The notes beneath the pieces were generated by a model. That model made no database searches, was not told the origin of the DNA, and worked only from the letters and a program-made list of their open reading frames with translations. A stretch of 62,848 bases of DNA, filler included. It is 4 parts of 4 records of this genome, joined end to end, with 100 filler letters (N's around TTAATTAATTAA, not from the genome) between each part and the next. Parts side by side here need not be neighbours in the genome. Positions count along the whole stretch, not along the records: positions 1 to 27,484 come from DRR723986_3292; 3 more parts are not named here. One strand, written 5' to 3'. Of the stretch, positions 1 through 10,776 are shown piece by piece (positions within the stretch are counted from its first letter, which is position 1; each line of letters opens with the position of its first letter). The translations under genes were made by a program, and so were the position numbers.

Positions 1-145
1 GCAGCTTGCCGCTGGGGTAGGGGAACATGGCCAGGCAGTAATATTTTTCGCGGCTGTCATCTTCCACGGCAGTGAAGCTACCGTGCTCCTGCCAGTACTG
101 CTGTACGCGAGCTTCAATGTCGCGGGGGGTGTAATGTTGGTCCAT
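1..145 (-). CDS. leuS: Leucine--tRNA ligase, N-terminal fragment (runs off the window)
   Basis: Manual translation of the reverse strand gives [48 protein letters not shown], containing the LeuRS KYYCLxMFPYPSG motif. Not in the ORF track. Confidence 0.93.
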   Translation of the reverse strand, partial: MDQHYTPRDIEARVQQYWQEHGSFTAVEDDSREKYYCLAMFPYPSGKL

Positions 146-248
146 TGGCGATGTCGGTCTCTGGGGTTGGCAAGCGCGGGGCTCGGCGATACAAAGCCCA
201 GCATTTTAACAGCTTGTCGCGGCGTCGCCCATGCGAATTCGCAAGCAT

Positions 249-1721
249 TTAGCTGCCTTGCTGTGGGCGGCGGCGCAGCGCGGTAAGCGCCAGTGCAAAG
301 CACAGGGCGATAATGGGTGTGGACTGGGCGTAATTAAACGGTGTGCGGCCGCTGCGGGCGTTTACCTCGCCGGTCATCGTGGTGTGAGTGAAAGACGGAA
401 TGCGCGTGGTGATATGCCCGCGGTGGTCGACGATGGCGGTGATACCTGTGCTGGTAACGCGGATGAGTTCTCGGCCATTTTCCAGTGCCCGCATCTGCGC
501 CATTTGCATGTGTTGGGCGGGGCCAATCGAGTCGCCAAACCAGGCGTCGTTGCTGATGGTGAATAAGACGTCTGCGTCTCTTGCGCCACGCGCCACGAGG
601 TTGGGATACACGATCTCGTAGCAGATCGATGGCGCAAATTGCCAACCCTTGGCGGAGAGGGGGCGCTGGTCGGCGTCGCCACGACTAAAGCTGGACATGG
701 GCAGGTCAAAAAAGCCGATCAGACCGCGCAGCAGGCTACCGAGCGGAACGTATTCGCCGAAGGGGACCAAACGCTGTTTGTGGTACAGGCCTTCGCCGCC
801 ATTGATGACCATTGCCGAGTTGTAGATGTCGTCGCCCTGTTTAGTGGGAACGCCGGTGATCAGCGCGGTGTTCGAGGCGGCAGCGCGCTCGCGAATGTAG
901 TCAAAGAAGGTTTCGGCGTTGCGATACAGGGCGGGAATGGCAGCCTCTGGCCAAATCACCACATCCACCTGGGGCCACAGTTGCTCTGAGGTGACATCGT
1001 AGAGTTCGAGGGTGTCCCAGTAATGGCTATAGGCCCACTTCTTTTCTTGAGTGATATTGGACTGCACGGCGCCAATGCGGAGGGGCTGCTGCTGGGTGGC
1101 TTGTGTCCATTCAATCGTTTGCAGGGATGCGCCGAGGCCGAACAATGCGATGCAGCCAGCTATTGGCAGCCAGCGACTGGTTCTGTGTTTGGTGGTGAGT
1201 AGATGGCTTACCGCTGCGCCGCTGAGGGCCACCACAAAGCTTAAACCGTACACCCCAACAACGGGTGCCCAGCCGGATAGCGGGGTTTCCAACTGGCTGT
1301 AGCCAAGGTAGAGCCAGGGAAACCCGGTGAGAAACCAGCCGCGAAACCACTCAAAAATCACCCAGGCGGCGGCAAAGCCCAGCAGCCGGCCGCCCTTGCC
1401 GTCGCGCAGCCAGCGGTTGTACACATAGGCGAACAGCCCGGTGACGAGCCCCAAGCCCAGGCAAAACAGGATGGTCATAAGCGCTGAGAGCAGGGCGGAG
1501 GTATTGCCGTAGACATACATGGCGACATAGATCCACGACACCCCGGCAAGAAAGCTGGCGCTGCCATACAGCCAGCCGCGCAAAAAACCTTCCTTTGCTG
1601 TGCAGTCATCCAGACACCAGGCCAGTGCCGCCATCGCCACTATGGCAAGTGGCCAGTAATGAAAAGGGGCGAGAGACAGGGTGATAAGTGCGCCGGCTAG
1701 CGGCGCAATAATCCGTTTCAT
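249..1721 (-). CDS. lnt: Apolipoprotein N-acyltransferase
   Basis: Multiple TM helices; GFPW, WPEAA, KQRLVPFGEY, ICYE and SNDAWFG motifs. Confidence 0.96.
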   Translation of the reverse strand: MKRIIAPLAGALITLSLAPFHYWPLAIVAMAALAWCLDDCTAKEGFLRGWLYGSASFLAGVSWIYVAMYVYGNTSALLSALMTILFCLGLGLVTGLFAYVYNRWLRDGKGGRLLGFAAAWVIFEWFRGWFLTGFPWLYLGYSQLETPLSGWAPVVGVYGLSFVVALSGAAVSHLLTTKHRTSRWLPIAGCIALFGLGASLQTIEWTQATQQQPLRIGAVQSNITQEKKWAYSHYWDTLELYDVTSEQLWPQVDVVIWPEAAIPALYRNAETFFDYIRERAAASNTALITGVPTKQGDDIYNSAMVINGGEGLYHKQRLVPFGEYVPLGSLLRGLIGFFDLPMSSFSRGDADQRPLSAKGWQFAPSICYEIVYPNLVARGARDADVLFTISNDAWFGDSIGPAQHMQMAQMRALENGRELIRVTSTGITAIVDHRGHITTRIPSFTHTTMTGEVNARSGRTPFNYAQSTPIIALCFALALTALRRRPQQGS

Positions 1722-1757
1722 GGGCGGTGGGGCTCCGGGGTGCGATCGGTCGCTGGG

Positions 1758-3320
1758 TCAGGGGGTAAGTGCCTCGTCGGCGGTACTGGCGATCAGGTAT
1801 TCGGGGCGCGGCGTTTTGTCCGGATAGCGAAGGCTCAGTGGCTCGGGGACGCCGCGTTCGTCTATTAGATACACGTGTTTGCGCTGCAGTGAGCGGGCTT
1901 CGCGAACGCCGCAGGAGTGGGCGATAACCCCCACTTCATGCATTAGGTTTTTGGCGTAATTGGCCACCCGGGCAGCTTTGTCGGCGGGCACAAGGCCACG
2001 CTGTAGCTCCGGGTCGTGTGTGGTGATACCGGTTGGGCAAGTGTTCTTGTTGCACTGCAATGCCTGGATACAACCCAGGGCAAACATAAAGCCACGGGCG
2101 CTGACGATAAAGTCTGCGCCAACGCAAATCGCCCAGGCTGCCTCGGCGGGGTTGATCATTTTGCCCGAGGCGATCACTTTTACCCGCTCGCGCAAGCGGT
2201 ACTCGTTGAGCTTGTCGACCACCAGCGGCAAGCTGCGGCGCAGCGGGAGACCGACATAGTCGATCAAACTCTGCGGGGCCGCGCCCGTGCCGCCGTCGGC
2301 GCTGTCGACGGTGATGAAGTCGGGGGCAAATTCCAGCCCGCGGCGGTGAATGGCTTCGCCCAGCTCGTCCAACCACTCGCTGAAGCCCAGCACCATTTTG
2401 AAACCCACCGGCTTGCCGGTAACGCGGCGGATGCGCGCCAGGGTGTCGAGCAGGTCGTCGATACTGCGAATATCCGGGTGGCCATTGGGGCTGATGGAGT
2501 CCTGGCCAACGGGGATGCCCCGAATGGTGGCGACCTCTTCGGTGACTTTGCCGCCGGGCAGAATGCCCCCTTTGCCGGGCTTGGCGCCCTGACTGAGTTT
2601 CAGTTCGAACATGCGTACTTGCGGGTGGCTGGCAAGATCGGCAAGGCGTTGGTCGCTGAGTTTGCCCTCGGCATCGCGCACGCCGTATTTAGCGGTGCCT
2701 ATCTGGCAGACGATGTCGCAGCCCGCTTCCAGGTGATAGGGGGTGAGGCCGCCTTCGCCGGTGTTCATCCAGATTCCGGCTTCGCGCGCGCCGGCGGCCA
2801 GGGCCTGCACTGCCGGTTTGGAAATGGCGCCATAGCTCATGCCGGAAATATTGAATATGGCGGCACTGCTAAAAGGTTCGCGGCAATAGCCTTCGCCAAT
2901 GGTTACGCAGTGGGTGGGTGCGGCGTCTTCACTTAGCGTGGGGAACAGGCAGTTCATAAACAGCACTTCGTTGCTGTGGTTCAGTGGCCGCGTAGAACCG
3001 AAGGCGACGGTGTTGTCGATATTTTTTGCGGCGCGGTATACCCAGGAGCGTTGGGAGCGATTAAAGGGCAGCTCTTCGCGGTCCATGGCAAAGAAATACT
3101 GGCGAAAGAATTCGCCGAGGTGTTCGAAGAAATAGCGAAAGCGACCGATCAGCGGGTAGTTTCGACGAATGGCGTGCTGGGTTTGGGTGACGTCGCGGTA
3201 GTAGAGCACGGCGAGGTAGATAAGCCCGGCCCCGATTAAACCCACGATTACCAATGCGCTGTAGCTAATAATGCTGTGGGCAATGGCATTGAGTGACGCA
3301 AGTGTGCTGCTGTCTGGCAT
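1758..3320 (-). CDS. FMN-binding glutamate synthase family protein (stand-alone, N-terminal TM)
   Basis: SGMSYGA, NTGEGG, KLSQGAKPGKGG and GGTGAAP motifs; CIQALQCNKNTCP [3Fe-4S] motif. Confidence 0.9.
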   Translation of the reverse strand: MPDSSTLASLNAIAHSIISYSALVIVGLIGAGLIYLAVLYYRDVTQTQHAIRRNYPLIGRFRYFFEHLGEFFRQYFFAMDREELPFNRSQRSWVYRAAKNIDNTVAFGSTRPLNHSNEVLFMNCLFPTLSEDAAPTHCVTIGEGYCREPFSSAAIFNISGMSYGAISKPAVQALAAGAREAGIWMNTGEGGLTPYHLEAGCDIVCQIGTAKYGVRDAEGKLSDQRLADLASHPQVRMFELKLSQGAKPGKGGILPGGKVTEEVATIRGIPVGQDSISPNGHPDIRSIDDLLDTLARIRRVTGKPVGFKMVLGFSEWLDELGEAIHRRGLEFAPDFITVDSADGGTGAAPQSLIDYVGLPLRRSLPLVVDKLNEYRLRERVKVIASGKMINPAEAAWAICVGADFIVSARGFMFALGCIQALQCNKNTCPTGITTHDPELQRGLVPADKAARVANYAKNLMHEVGVIAHSCGVREARSLQRKHVYLIDERGVPEPLSLRYPDKTPRPEYLIASTADEALTP

Positions 3321-3387
3321 AAAACTCCCCTCTTGGGCGGCGCTGCCCGGCTATTGTAGACCGTAAGCGCGAGGGGAGTTCAAGTTT

Positions 3388-4245
3388 TTACGCGTCGTCC
3401 TTGGCCAGCTCGCGCATGCGCAGCAAATGAATCTGGCGATGGTCGGCATTGACCACCTTGAATTCGAAATGCTCCAGCTGGGCCACTTCATTGCGGCTGG
3501 GCAGGTGACCAAAGGACTGCAGTAGCAAGCCACCGATGGTGTCGAATTCGTCGTCGCTTAAATTTGCATTGAAGTAGGTGTTGAACTCTTCAATGGGCGT
3601 AAGCGCTTTTACCACGAAGTCGTTATCGGCGATCTTGCGGATCGGCAGGTCGTCTTCTTCGTCGTATTCGTCTTCAATGTCGCCAACGATCTGCTCGAGG
3701 ATGTCCTCGATCGTAATCAGTCCTGCGGCGCCACCGTATTCGTCGATGACAACGGCCATGTGGTTGCGCTTTTCGCGGAAATCACGCAGCAGCACATTCA
3801 GGCGTTTGCTCTCTGGTACCAGGGTGGCGGGACGCAGCACGGTGCGCAGGTCGATGTCGTCGGTGTTGCCGGTTTTCCACAGTAGGGGCAATAGATCCTT
3901 GGACAGCAATATGCCCAGGACCTCGTCCAGTGTGTCGCCGATAACGGGGTAGCGGGAGTGGCCGGTTTCCATGATGATCGGCAGCAGTTCGCTGAGGGGT
4001 TGCTCGATCTTCAGCACCACCATTTGCGGCCGGGGAATCATGATTTCCCGCGCCTGCATTTCGCTGATATGCATGGCACCTTCGACGATGCTGGTGGCGT
4101 CGTCGTCAATCACTTCATTCTGACGAGCAACGGCTAATACATCGAGCAGGTCTTCGCGGGTTTTGGGTTCAGAGGAAAATGCATGGGCAATTTTTTCGAT
4201 CCAGGATTTGTCACCCGGATCGCTGCTAGATCGGTCTTCGCTCAT
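3388..4245 (-). CDS. corC: Mg/Co transport protein CorC (CBS pair + CorC_HlyC domain)
   Basis: HSRYPV, VIDEYGG, TIEDILEQIVGDIEDE and DTIGG motifs; synteny with ybeY and lnt. Confidence 0.93.
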   Translation of the reverse strand: MSEDRSSSDPGDKSWIEKIAHAFSSEPKTREDLLDVLAVARQNEVIDDDATSIVEGAMHISEMQAREIMIPRPQMVVLKIEQPLSELLPIIMETGHSRYPVIGDTLDEVLGILLSKDLLPLLWKTGNTDDIDLRTVLRPATLVPESKRLNVLLRDFREKRNHMAVVIDEYGGAAGLITIEDILEQIVGDIEDEYDEEDDLPIRKIADNDFVVKALTPIEEFNTYFNANLSDDEFDTIGGLLLQSFGHLPSRNEVAQLEHFEFKVVNADHRQIHLLRMRELAKDDA

Positions 4246-4287
4246 GATTTTGTGTGCTGTCCTCGCTGTGGCCTAGTCGCCCGGCGC

Positions 4288-4764
4288 TTACTGCGCCTCG
4301 TAGGGGTTATTGATATTGAGCTGCTTTAACAGCGCAGTCTCAAGAGATTCCATTTCCTCGGCTTCATCATCGTCAATGTGGTCAAAACCGAGTAGGTGGA
4401 GTGTACCGTGAATTACCATATGCGCCCAGTGATCGCTTACCGCCTTGCCCTGCTCATGCGCTTCGCGTTCAACCACTTGCCGACAGATAATCAGGTCGCC
4501 GAGTAATGGCAGCTCAAGCTCGGGGGGCAGGTCCGCGGGAAACGACAACACATTGGTCGGGGCATCTTTGCCGCGGTAGTCGCGATTGAGGGCCTGGCTT
4601 TCCTGCTCGTCGACCAGGCGAATGGTCAGCTCCGCCTGATCGCGGCGATTGGTGAGTGCGGCGCTGGCCCAGTCGCGCAGTTGCTGCTCACTGGGCAGTC
4701 CCGGCTGCGGGTCGCAGGCCACTTGCAGGTCCACCTCCAGTTCAAGTGGGTTGCCGTCAGCCAT
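4288..4764 (-). CDS. ybeY: rRNA maturation endoribonuclease YbeY
   Basis: [17 protein letters not shown] and [11 protein letters not shown] motifs. Confidence 0.97.
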   Translation of the reverse strand: MADGNPLELEVDLQVACDPQPGLPSEQQLRDWASAALTNRRDQAELTIRLVDEQESQALNRDYRGKDAPTNVLSFPADLPPELELPLLGDLIICRQVVEREAHEQGKAVSDHWAHMVIHGTLHLLGFDHIDDDEAEEMESLETALLKQLNINNPYEAQ

Positions 4765-4766
4765 TG

Positions 4767-5738
4767 CTAGCGAGCGGTCTCGTCGTCAAACGCGGCGTAA
4801 GCTTCGACAATTTTCTGCACCAGCGGGTGGCGAACCACATCTTTGGCCTGAAAATAGGTGAGGCTGATCCCTTCGACATCGTCGAGAACCTTCATTACAT
4901 GGGTGAGGCCGCTGGGTGTGCCGCGTGGCAAGTCGATCTGCGTGGCATCGCCAGTGATGACGGCTGTGGAGCCAAAGCCAATACGGGTGAGGAACATTTT
5001 CATTTGTTCGCGGGTGGTATTTTGCGCCTCATCCAAAATAATGAAGGAGTCGTTCAGCGTACGGCCGCGCATATAGGCTAAGGGCGCGATCTCAATCACA
5101 TTGCGCTCGATCAGCTTGGTGACGGTGTCGTTGCCGAGCATCTCGTAGAGTGCATCGTACAGCGGGCGCAAATAGGGATCGATTTTCTGCGCTAGGTCGC
5201 CTGGCAGGAAGCCGAGCTTTTCGCCGGCCTCTACCGCAGGCCTGACCAGCAGGATGCGTTGTACCTGATGGGATATTAACGCCTCAACCGCGCAGGCAAC
5301 GGCGAGATAGGTTTTACCGGTACCGGCCGGACCAATGCCGAAATTGACATCGTTGCTCTGAATCGCGCGCACATAGCCCTGCTGATTGCCGCCGCGGGGT
5401 TTGATACTGCCTTTCTTAGTGCGAATAACGACGGGCTCATTATCTGAGCGGGGCAGCTCTTCCAAATGTGACTGTTGCATACGAAGGTGAATGGCCTCGG
5501 GGTTGAGTGTTGTGCCGGAGACGCTCTCGCGATAAAGGTGTTTGAGCAGTTGCACGGTTTCGTCGACGGCACGCTCTTCGCCGCTAACCTGAAAGGTATT
5601 GGCGCGCGCAGCGATGTGCACCTGAAGGCGTTCTTCGATCAATTTGAGGTGTTCGTCTAAGCGTCCGCACAGTGCCGAAAGGTGCTGGCTGTCGCTGGGT
5701 TCGAGAGTGAGAACGCGCTGTGTCGCTTGTGCTGTCAA
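4767..5738 (-). CDS. phoH: PhoH family ATPase (YbeZ-type)
   Basis: [29 protein letters not shown] and DEAQN motifs. Start placed at a TTG after a GGAG RBS; the ORF extends to 5786. Confidence 0.92.
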   Translation of the reverse strand: MTAQATQRVLTLEPSDSQHLSALCGRLDEHLKLIEERLQVHIAARANTFQVSGEERAVDETVQLLKHLYRESVSGTTLNPEAIHLRMQQSHLEELPRSDNEPVVIRTKKGSIKPRGGNQQGYVRAIQSNDVNFGIGPAGTGKTYLAVACAVEALISHQVQRILLVRPAVEAGEKLGFLPGDLAQKIDPYLRPLYDALYEMLGNDTVTKLIERNVIEIAPLAYMRGRTLNDSFIILDEAQNTTREQMKMFLTRIGFGSTAVITGDATQIDLPRGTPSGLTHVMKVLDDVEGISLTYFQAKDVVRHPLVQKIVEAYAAFDDETAR

Positions 5739-5828
5739 TGGTGCTCCGCGTGTCGCATTGGCGATCAAGTAGTAATGGCTTAACAATACGCCGATTCTTC
5801 GCTGACGAGAATCGGCAAAAACCGATGC

Positions 5829-7166
5829 CTAGTTCAGCAATTCGGCGCGCAGTGAATTCGGCAGTGCCTCGGTGATCACTACGTCGACAAAATCGCCGAT
5901 CAGGGCGTGATTGGTCGCCGAAAAGTTAACGACGCGATTGTTCTCGGTACGCCCCTGTAACTGGCCTGGATCCTTTTTGGAGACGCCGGTCACCAGAATG
6001 CGCTGCCGTGTGCCGACCATCTGCCGGCTGATCTGGTTAGCCTGCTGCAGAATACGGTGCTGCAGGCGTTGTAGGCGCTCTTTCTTCACTGCCTCGGGAG
6101 TGTCGTCATCCAGTTGGGCGGCAGGTGTGCCGGGGCGGGCGCTGTAAATAAAGCTGAAGCTGTGGTCGAAGCCGATGTCGGCGATGAGCTTCATGGTGTC
6201 GTTAAAGTCGTCTTCAGTCTCGCCGGGAAAGCCGATAATAAAGTCGGAAGACAGGCTGATGTTCGGTCTGATTGCCCGCAGTTTGGCGATTTTGTCGCGG
6301 TATTCCTGCTGAACGTGGCCGCGTTTCATGGCCGCGAGAATACGGTCGCTGCCGCTTTGCACGGGCAGGTGGAGGTGGTCCACCAACTCGGGGATGTCGC
6401 GGTAGGCCTCAATTAAGGCGTCGCTAAACTCAACCGGGTGCGAGGTGGTATAGCGTATGCGGTCGATGCCAGGCACCTGGGCGACAAAGCCGAGCAACTC
6501 GGCGAAATCGACGATCTCGCCTTCGTGGTTTTCGCCGCGGTAGGCGTTGACGTTTTGCCCCAACAAGTTCACTTCGCGCACGCCTTTGGCGGCCAGCTGG
6601 GCCACTTCGGCTATCACGTCGTCAAAGGGGCGGCTGACTTCTTCGCCCCGGGTGTAGGGAACGACGCAGAAGGTGCAGTACTTGGAGCAACCTTCCATGA
6701 TGGAGACAAAGGCACTGGGGCCGTCGACGCTGGGCTCGGGAAGGCTGTCGAATTTTTCGATCTCGGGGAAGGTGACATCCACCACCACTGGGCCGTCCGG
6801 TTTGCGCTGGTCGATCATCTCCGGTACCCGGTGCAGGGTTTGCGGCCCAAAGATAACGTCAACGTAGGGCGCGCGCTGGCCAATATCGCCGCCTTCCTGG
6901 CTGGCGACGCAGCCGCCAACACCAATCAGCAGGTCGGGGTTTTTGTCTTTCAGTTTTTTCCAGCGGCCAAGTTGGTGAAACACTTTTTCCTGCGCTTTCT
7001 CGCGAATGGAGCAGGTATTCAGCAACAAGACGTCGGCTTCTTCGGGATTGTCGGTAGGCTCCAGGTTGTGACTGACGCCCAGCAGATCCTGAATACGCGC
7101 GGAGTCGTACTCGTTCATCTGACAGCCGTGGGTTTTGATATACAGTTTTTTGGTTTTCTCAGTCAT
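5829..7166 (-). CDS. miaB: tRNA methylthiotransferase MiaB
   Basis: [18 protein letters not shown], radical [11 protein letters not shown] and a C-terminal TRAM domain; start trimmed from 7202. Confidence 0.97.
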   Translation of the reverse strand: MTEKTKKLYIKTHGCQMNEYDSARIQDLLGVSHNLEPTDNPEEADVLLLNTCSIREKAQEKVFHQLGRWKKLKDKNPDLLIGVGGCVASQEGGDIGQRAPYVDVIFGPQTLHRVPEMIDQRKPDGPVVVDVTFPEIEKFDSLPEPSVDGPSAFVSIMEGCSKYCTFCVVPYTRGEEVSRPFDDVIAEVAQLAAKGVREVNLLGQNVNAYRGENHEGEIVDFAELLGFVAQVPGIDRIRYTTSHPVEFSDALIEAYRDIPELVDHLHLPVQSGSDRILAAMKRGHVQQEYRDKIAKLRAIRPNISLSSDFIIGFPGETEDDFNDTMKLIADIGFDHSFSFIYSARPGTPAAQLDDDTPEAVKKERLQRLQHRILQQANQISRQMVGTRQRILVTGVSKKDPGQLQGRTENNRVVNFSATNHALIGDFVDVVITEALPNSLRAELLN

Positions 7167-7335
7167 GGTGTGGCGACAAGCCGATAGAAAATGGGCCGAC
7201 ATTATAGCGGTGTCAACGGCTAAAGCCCAATGAGTTCGGTGCTTTGAGATGACATGTGGTATGATCCGCCGCCGCGCGAGCGGTCGCTTTTGCGCTTGCG
7301 AGATCGTTACTGTTTGCTAGAGAACTGTGTGCTTT

Positions 7336-7677
7336 ATGGCTAAGTCCCCAATCTATAAGGTGATTTTTCACAACAACAACCAGGTGTATGAGCTGTATGC
7401 CCGCGCGATATACCAGAGCGAGCTGTACGGTTTTATTGAGGTTGAAGAGTTTGTTTTCGGTGATCCAGGGCAAATTGTCGTCAATCCGGGTGAAGAAAAA
7501 CTGAAAAATGAGTTCAGTGGTGTGACTCGCAGTTACCTGCCGATGCACTCGATTATTCGTGTGGATGAAGTGGAAAAAGAGGGGCCGGGCAAGATTCTGG
7601 ATGCCGAGGGTGGCAGCAATGTGCGGCATTTCCCCATGGGCGGTCAGCCGATACCTAAGGGGCCCTCGGGCGAGTAG
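7336..7677 (+). CDS. DUF1820-like conserved hypothetical protein
   Basis: IYKVIFHN..VYELYA, GFIEVEEFVF and EEKLKNEF pattern; divergent from miaB. Confidence 0.75.
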   Translation: MAKSPIYKVIFHNNNQVYELYARAIYQSELYGFIEVEEFVFGDPGQIVVNPGEEKLKNEFSGVTRSYLPMHSIIRVDEVEKEGPGKILDAEGGSNVRHFPMGGQPIPKGPSGE

Positions 7678-7689
7678 GGCGCACAATTG

Positions 7690-7716
7690 AAAAAGGGGCC
7701 AATCGGCCCCTTTTTT
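7690..7716. terminator. Bidirectional rho-independent terminator
   Basis: AAAAAGGGGCC-AATC-GGCCCCTTTTTT between convergent genes. Confidence 0.88.
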
Positions 7717-7734
7717 ATTGCGCCGATAACGGCC

Positions 7735-9036
7735 CTAGTTGGCGAGGCGCTGTCTGACCGAGGCCAGTTTTACGCAGTTGACGAACACCTGCATCGCGCG
7801 GTCAATTTCCTCCAGCGAGGGTACGCTGGGTGCAATGCGGATATTGCGATCTTCTGGATCCTGGCCGTAGGGGAAGGTTGCGCCAGCCGGGGTGAGTTTT
7901 ACACCGGCGTCGGCTGCCATCGCCACAACTTGTTTTGCCAGGCCCGGCAGGGTATCCACAGAAATAAAATAGCCACCTTGGGGCGCTGTCCAGCTGAGCA
8001 GGCCGCTGTCGCCAATGCCTTCGTTCAGGTGCTTGAGTACGCTGTCGAAGCGCGGTTTTAGCACGGCGGCGTGTTGGCGCATGTGGTCAGCCAGGCCGTC
8101 GCTGTCTTTAAGCAGGCGGGCATGGCGCAACTGGTTGACTTTATCCGGGCCAATTTGGGTCATGCCTAAGTGGGCTTTAAAGGCTTTGAGGTTGGCGGCA
8201 GACATACCGACAAAGGCGACACCTGCGCCAGCGTAGGTGATCTTAGAGGTCGAGCCAAACAAGTACACGCTGTCTTCAGTACCCGCCTTGCGGGCCGCAG
8301 CCATCAGACTGGCCAGTTTGGGCGCGTTGTCGCTCAAACTGTGTACCGCGTAGGCGTTGTCCCAGAAAACGCGGAAATTGTCGCCGGCGAGTGTTGCCAG
8401 CTTGGCAATGCGCGCTACCACGTTATCGCTGTATACAATGCCGGTGGGATTGCTGAAGCGGGGAACGCACCAGATGCCTTTGATGCTGGAATCGGCCTTC
8501 ACCAAGCTCTCTACTTGGTCCATGTCTGGGCCGTTGTCGTTCATCGCCACCGGGATCATGTCGATACCCAGGTGTTCGCATACGGAGAAATGACGGTCGT
8601 AACCGGGAACCGGGCAAAGAAATTTGACGGTATCGCCGCCTGCTTTCCAGCCTTTGCCGAGGTCGCCAAAGCCCATTTGTGATGCAAACAGTACCGCGAA
8701 ATACATCAGCGTAAGGCTGCTGTTGCCGCCGATGAGAATCTCGTCTTCGTTTACGTCTAATACCGGCGCGAAGAGGCGCTTACACTCTGCTATGCCATCC
8801 AGGCCGCCGTAATTGCGCAGGTCGATGCCGCCGTCGTTGCTCAGGTCATTGCCGAGCACGCCGAGAATAGCGTCGGACAGGCTAAGTTGGTCGCTGCTGG
8901 GTTTTCCCCGTGTCAGGTCGAGGCTAAGCCCTGCGGCTTTATGCTGTTCGTACTCTGCGCTGAGAGCGCTTTCCCATTCGCGTAATTGTTCCGTAGATGC
9001 TTGGTCGAGTTGCAAGATCGTCACCTTAAAATGCAC
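7735..9036 (-). CDS. PLP-dependent class I/II aminotransferase (AspB/subgroup Ic-like aspartate transaminase)
   Basis: LDLTRGKP, CPVPGYDRHF, SNPTG, WDNAY, STSKIT (PLP Lys) and RIAPS motifs. Confidence 0.85.
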   Translation of the reverse strand: MHFKVTILQLDQASTEQLREWESALSAEYEQHKAAGLSLDLTRGKPSSDQLSLSDAILGVLGNDLSNDGGIDLRNYGGLDGIAECKRLFAPVLDVNEDEILIGGNSSLTLMYFAVLFASQMGFGDLGKGWKAGGDTVKFLCPVPGYDRHFSVCEHLGIDMIPVAMNDNGPDMDQVESLVKADSSIKGIWCVPRFSNPTGIVYSDNVVARIAKLATLAGDNFRVFWDNAYAVHSLSDNAPKLASLMAAARKAGTEDSVYLFGSTSKITYAGAGVAFVGMSAANLKAFKAHLGMTQIGPDKVNQLRHARLLKDSDGLADHMRQHAAVLKPRFDSVLKHLNEGIGDSGLLSWTAPQGGYFISVDTLPGLAKQVVAMAADAGVKLTPAGATFPYGQDPEDRNIRIAPSVPSLEEIDRAMQVFVNCVKLASVRQRLAN

Positions 9037-9124
9037 TAAGCGTTGGCTGGATAGTCGCGCGACACACTGGGTGTATCGAGGCCGCTTAGTATAACTGCTT
9101 TAACTAGCCGCAGTAAGGCACAGA

Positions 9125-10588
9125 TCAAGGTCGATCGCTTTGGCCGCTGATTCCCGACATGCCGGAGGCAATGAGTCTGAGTTGGTGGAGCTCATCAACC
9201 AGGGAGCGGGCGCTGTCGTCGTCGAGGTTGATGCGTTTGAGCCCTTCGAGCAGGCGCTGCTCTATATCACCGCCCATGTCTTTGGCTTTACGCAACAGTG
9301 CCCAGTCGCGGTGGGGCTTGATGTACCACAAGATGTCATCAACCAGGCCGAGGTTGCGGCGCAGGGCGTCGCTGTTACTGCCGTGGCGGAGCCAGTGGTA
9401 AAGCAAAATACTGGTCATCGGGCCGTACAGCAAATTGTCGACACTGGCGGGGAGCGTGGTGCCGTGGGTTTTCTGGTCAATGAGGGCGTGCACCTTGCGG
9501 CGCAGCCGAGTAATTCTGCGTTTACCCGCTTCGGCGTGCAGCTTTCGTCGGTCGTTGAGTTTCGCGCTTTGCACTAACTGCTGGCAGCATTGATCCACGG
9601 ATTCCTGCAGCGCGTTGAAGTCTGCGCTAGACGGCGTTTGCCCGCTGAGTTGTTTGACGATATCGCGGGTGGCGCGTTCGAAATTCTGTTGCAAACTCGG
9701 GTCAGCGTGCTGCCATCGTTCGCTGCTTGCGACCAACTGGTGACTGATTTGGCGCGCAGGATGAAGTGGGTTGAGAAATAACTGACGGTCGCGCAGTGCA
9801 ACACTGCTAACAATGGTTTGCAGGGCGTTCAGCGAAGCCAGGATGCTCGCGGACAGCTGCCGGCGATTCACATGGCTGCGCCCGAATATCGCGGCGGCTT
9901 CGCGAATAAGCTGTTGGTCGCTGAGGGTGCTGCTGTCACCCTGTGGGCGGCTGCGGCCCCGCAGGCGCTGTAAGCGCAGCTCGTTGAGTGCGCGTTGTTG
10001 GGCGCTGAGATTTTGCTGTTTTAGCTGCTGCTCGATATGGGCGATCCAGCCTTCTATGCCTTTGCTTGTTTCTGCGTTGCCGCCATTTAGTTCTGCCAGC
10101 AGCTGCTGGTAGAGCAAGGGGGCTTCGCGCAAAATCAGAACATTAAACAGCGACAGGCATTGGCTGAGGTGGGCGGGATCAATCCGCAGTGGCTTGGCCA
10201 GGTGTTGGAAGCCGGCCAGCAATGCCATGGGGGAGATGGCGCGGCACAGTCTTGCGCAGGCGTTCTCCAGTTCGTCGTTACCCAGCTGTTGGCTGCGGGC
10301 GAGCAGTTGGTCCAACTTGCTATGCCCGCCCATGCTGTAAGGGCGAGCGGCACGAATATTGTGCTGCAGGTGTCGCGAGAACAGTCGATAGGCTTCGTCT
10401 TGACCGCTGCGGATATGCCGTTGCTGCGTCAGTAGGGCCTGCTGCTCGTCAGGGTGCTTGCTCGTTAATGCGCGGCGGTGAAAATTGTCTTGGAGGCGCT
10501 CCAAATAGCGGTACAGATGGTCGTCAAACCACCGGCTGGTCAGCGAGCTCATTGTCGCTATCACTGTATCCGCTTGTTTTGCGTCCAT
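9125..10588 (-). CDS. Helical hypothetical protein, DUF1631-like
   Basis: 487-aa ORF; 'VALRDRQLFLNPLHPARQ' and 'VDDILW' segments recall DUF1631. Confidence 0.55.
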   Translation of the reverse strand: MDAKQADTVIATMSSLTSRWFDDHLYRYLERLQDNFHRRALTSKHPDEQQALLTQQRHIRSGQDEAYRLFSRHLQHNIRAARPYSMGGHSKLDQLLARSQQLGNDELENACARLCRAISPMALLAGFQHLAKPLRIDPAHLSQCLSLFNVLILREAPLLYQQLLAELNGGNAETSKGIEGWIAHIEQQLKQQNLSAQQRALNELRLQRLRGRSRPQGDSSTLSDQQLIREAAAIFGRSHVNRRQLSASILASLNALQTIVSSVALRDRQLFLNPLHPARQISHQLVASSERWQHADPSLQQNFERATRDIVKQLSGQTPSSADFNALQESVDQCCQQLVQSAKLNDRRKLHAEAGKRRITRLRRKVHALIDQKTHGTTLPASVDNLLYGPMTSILLYHWLRHGSNSDALRRNLGLVDDILWYIKPHRDWALLRKAKDMGGDIEQRLLEGLKRINLDDDSARSLVDELHQLRLIASGMSGISGQSDRP

Positions 10589-10776
10589 GGGATGGGGCGC
10601 GTCCTTTATTGTCAGCGAGCACTGGTATGAGTGCGGCTTTCACATTACTGCAATGTACCATAGATTGAAAAATGGCCACTTGTCACCACGGCTATTTTTT
10701 CTCAAAGCATGAACAATGTCTAATAACACTGTGTCGCAGTGCGAGATTTTCGTGTAGGCACGCGGCTGGCTGGGGT

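Noticed and set aside
2016-2936. Long antisense or alternative-frame ORFs (also 6438-7187, 15837-16691, 29107-29898, 36786-37553)
   Set aside because: Shadow frames of confidently identified genes in GC-rich DNA
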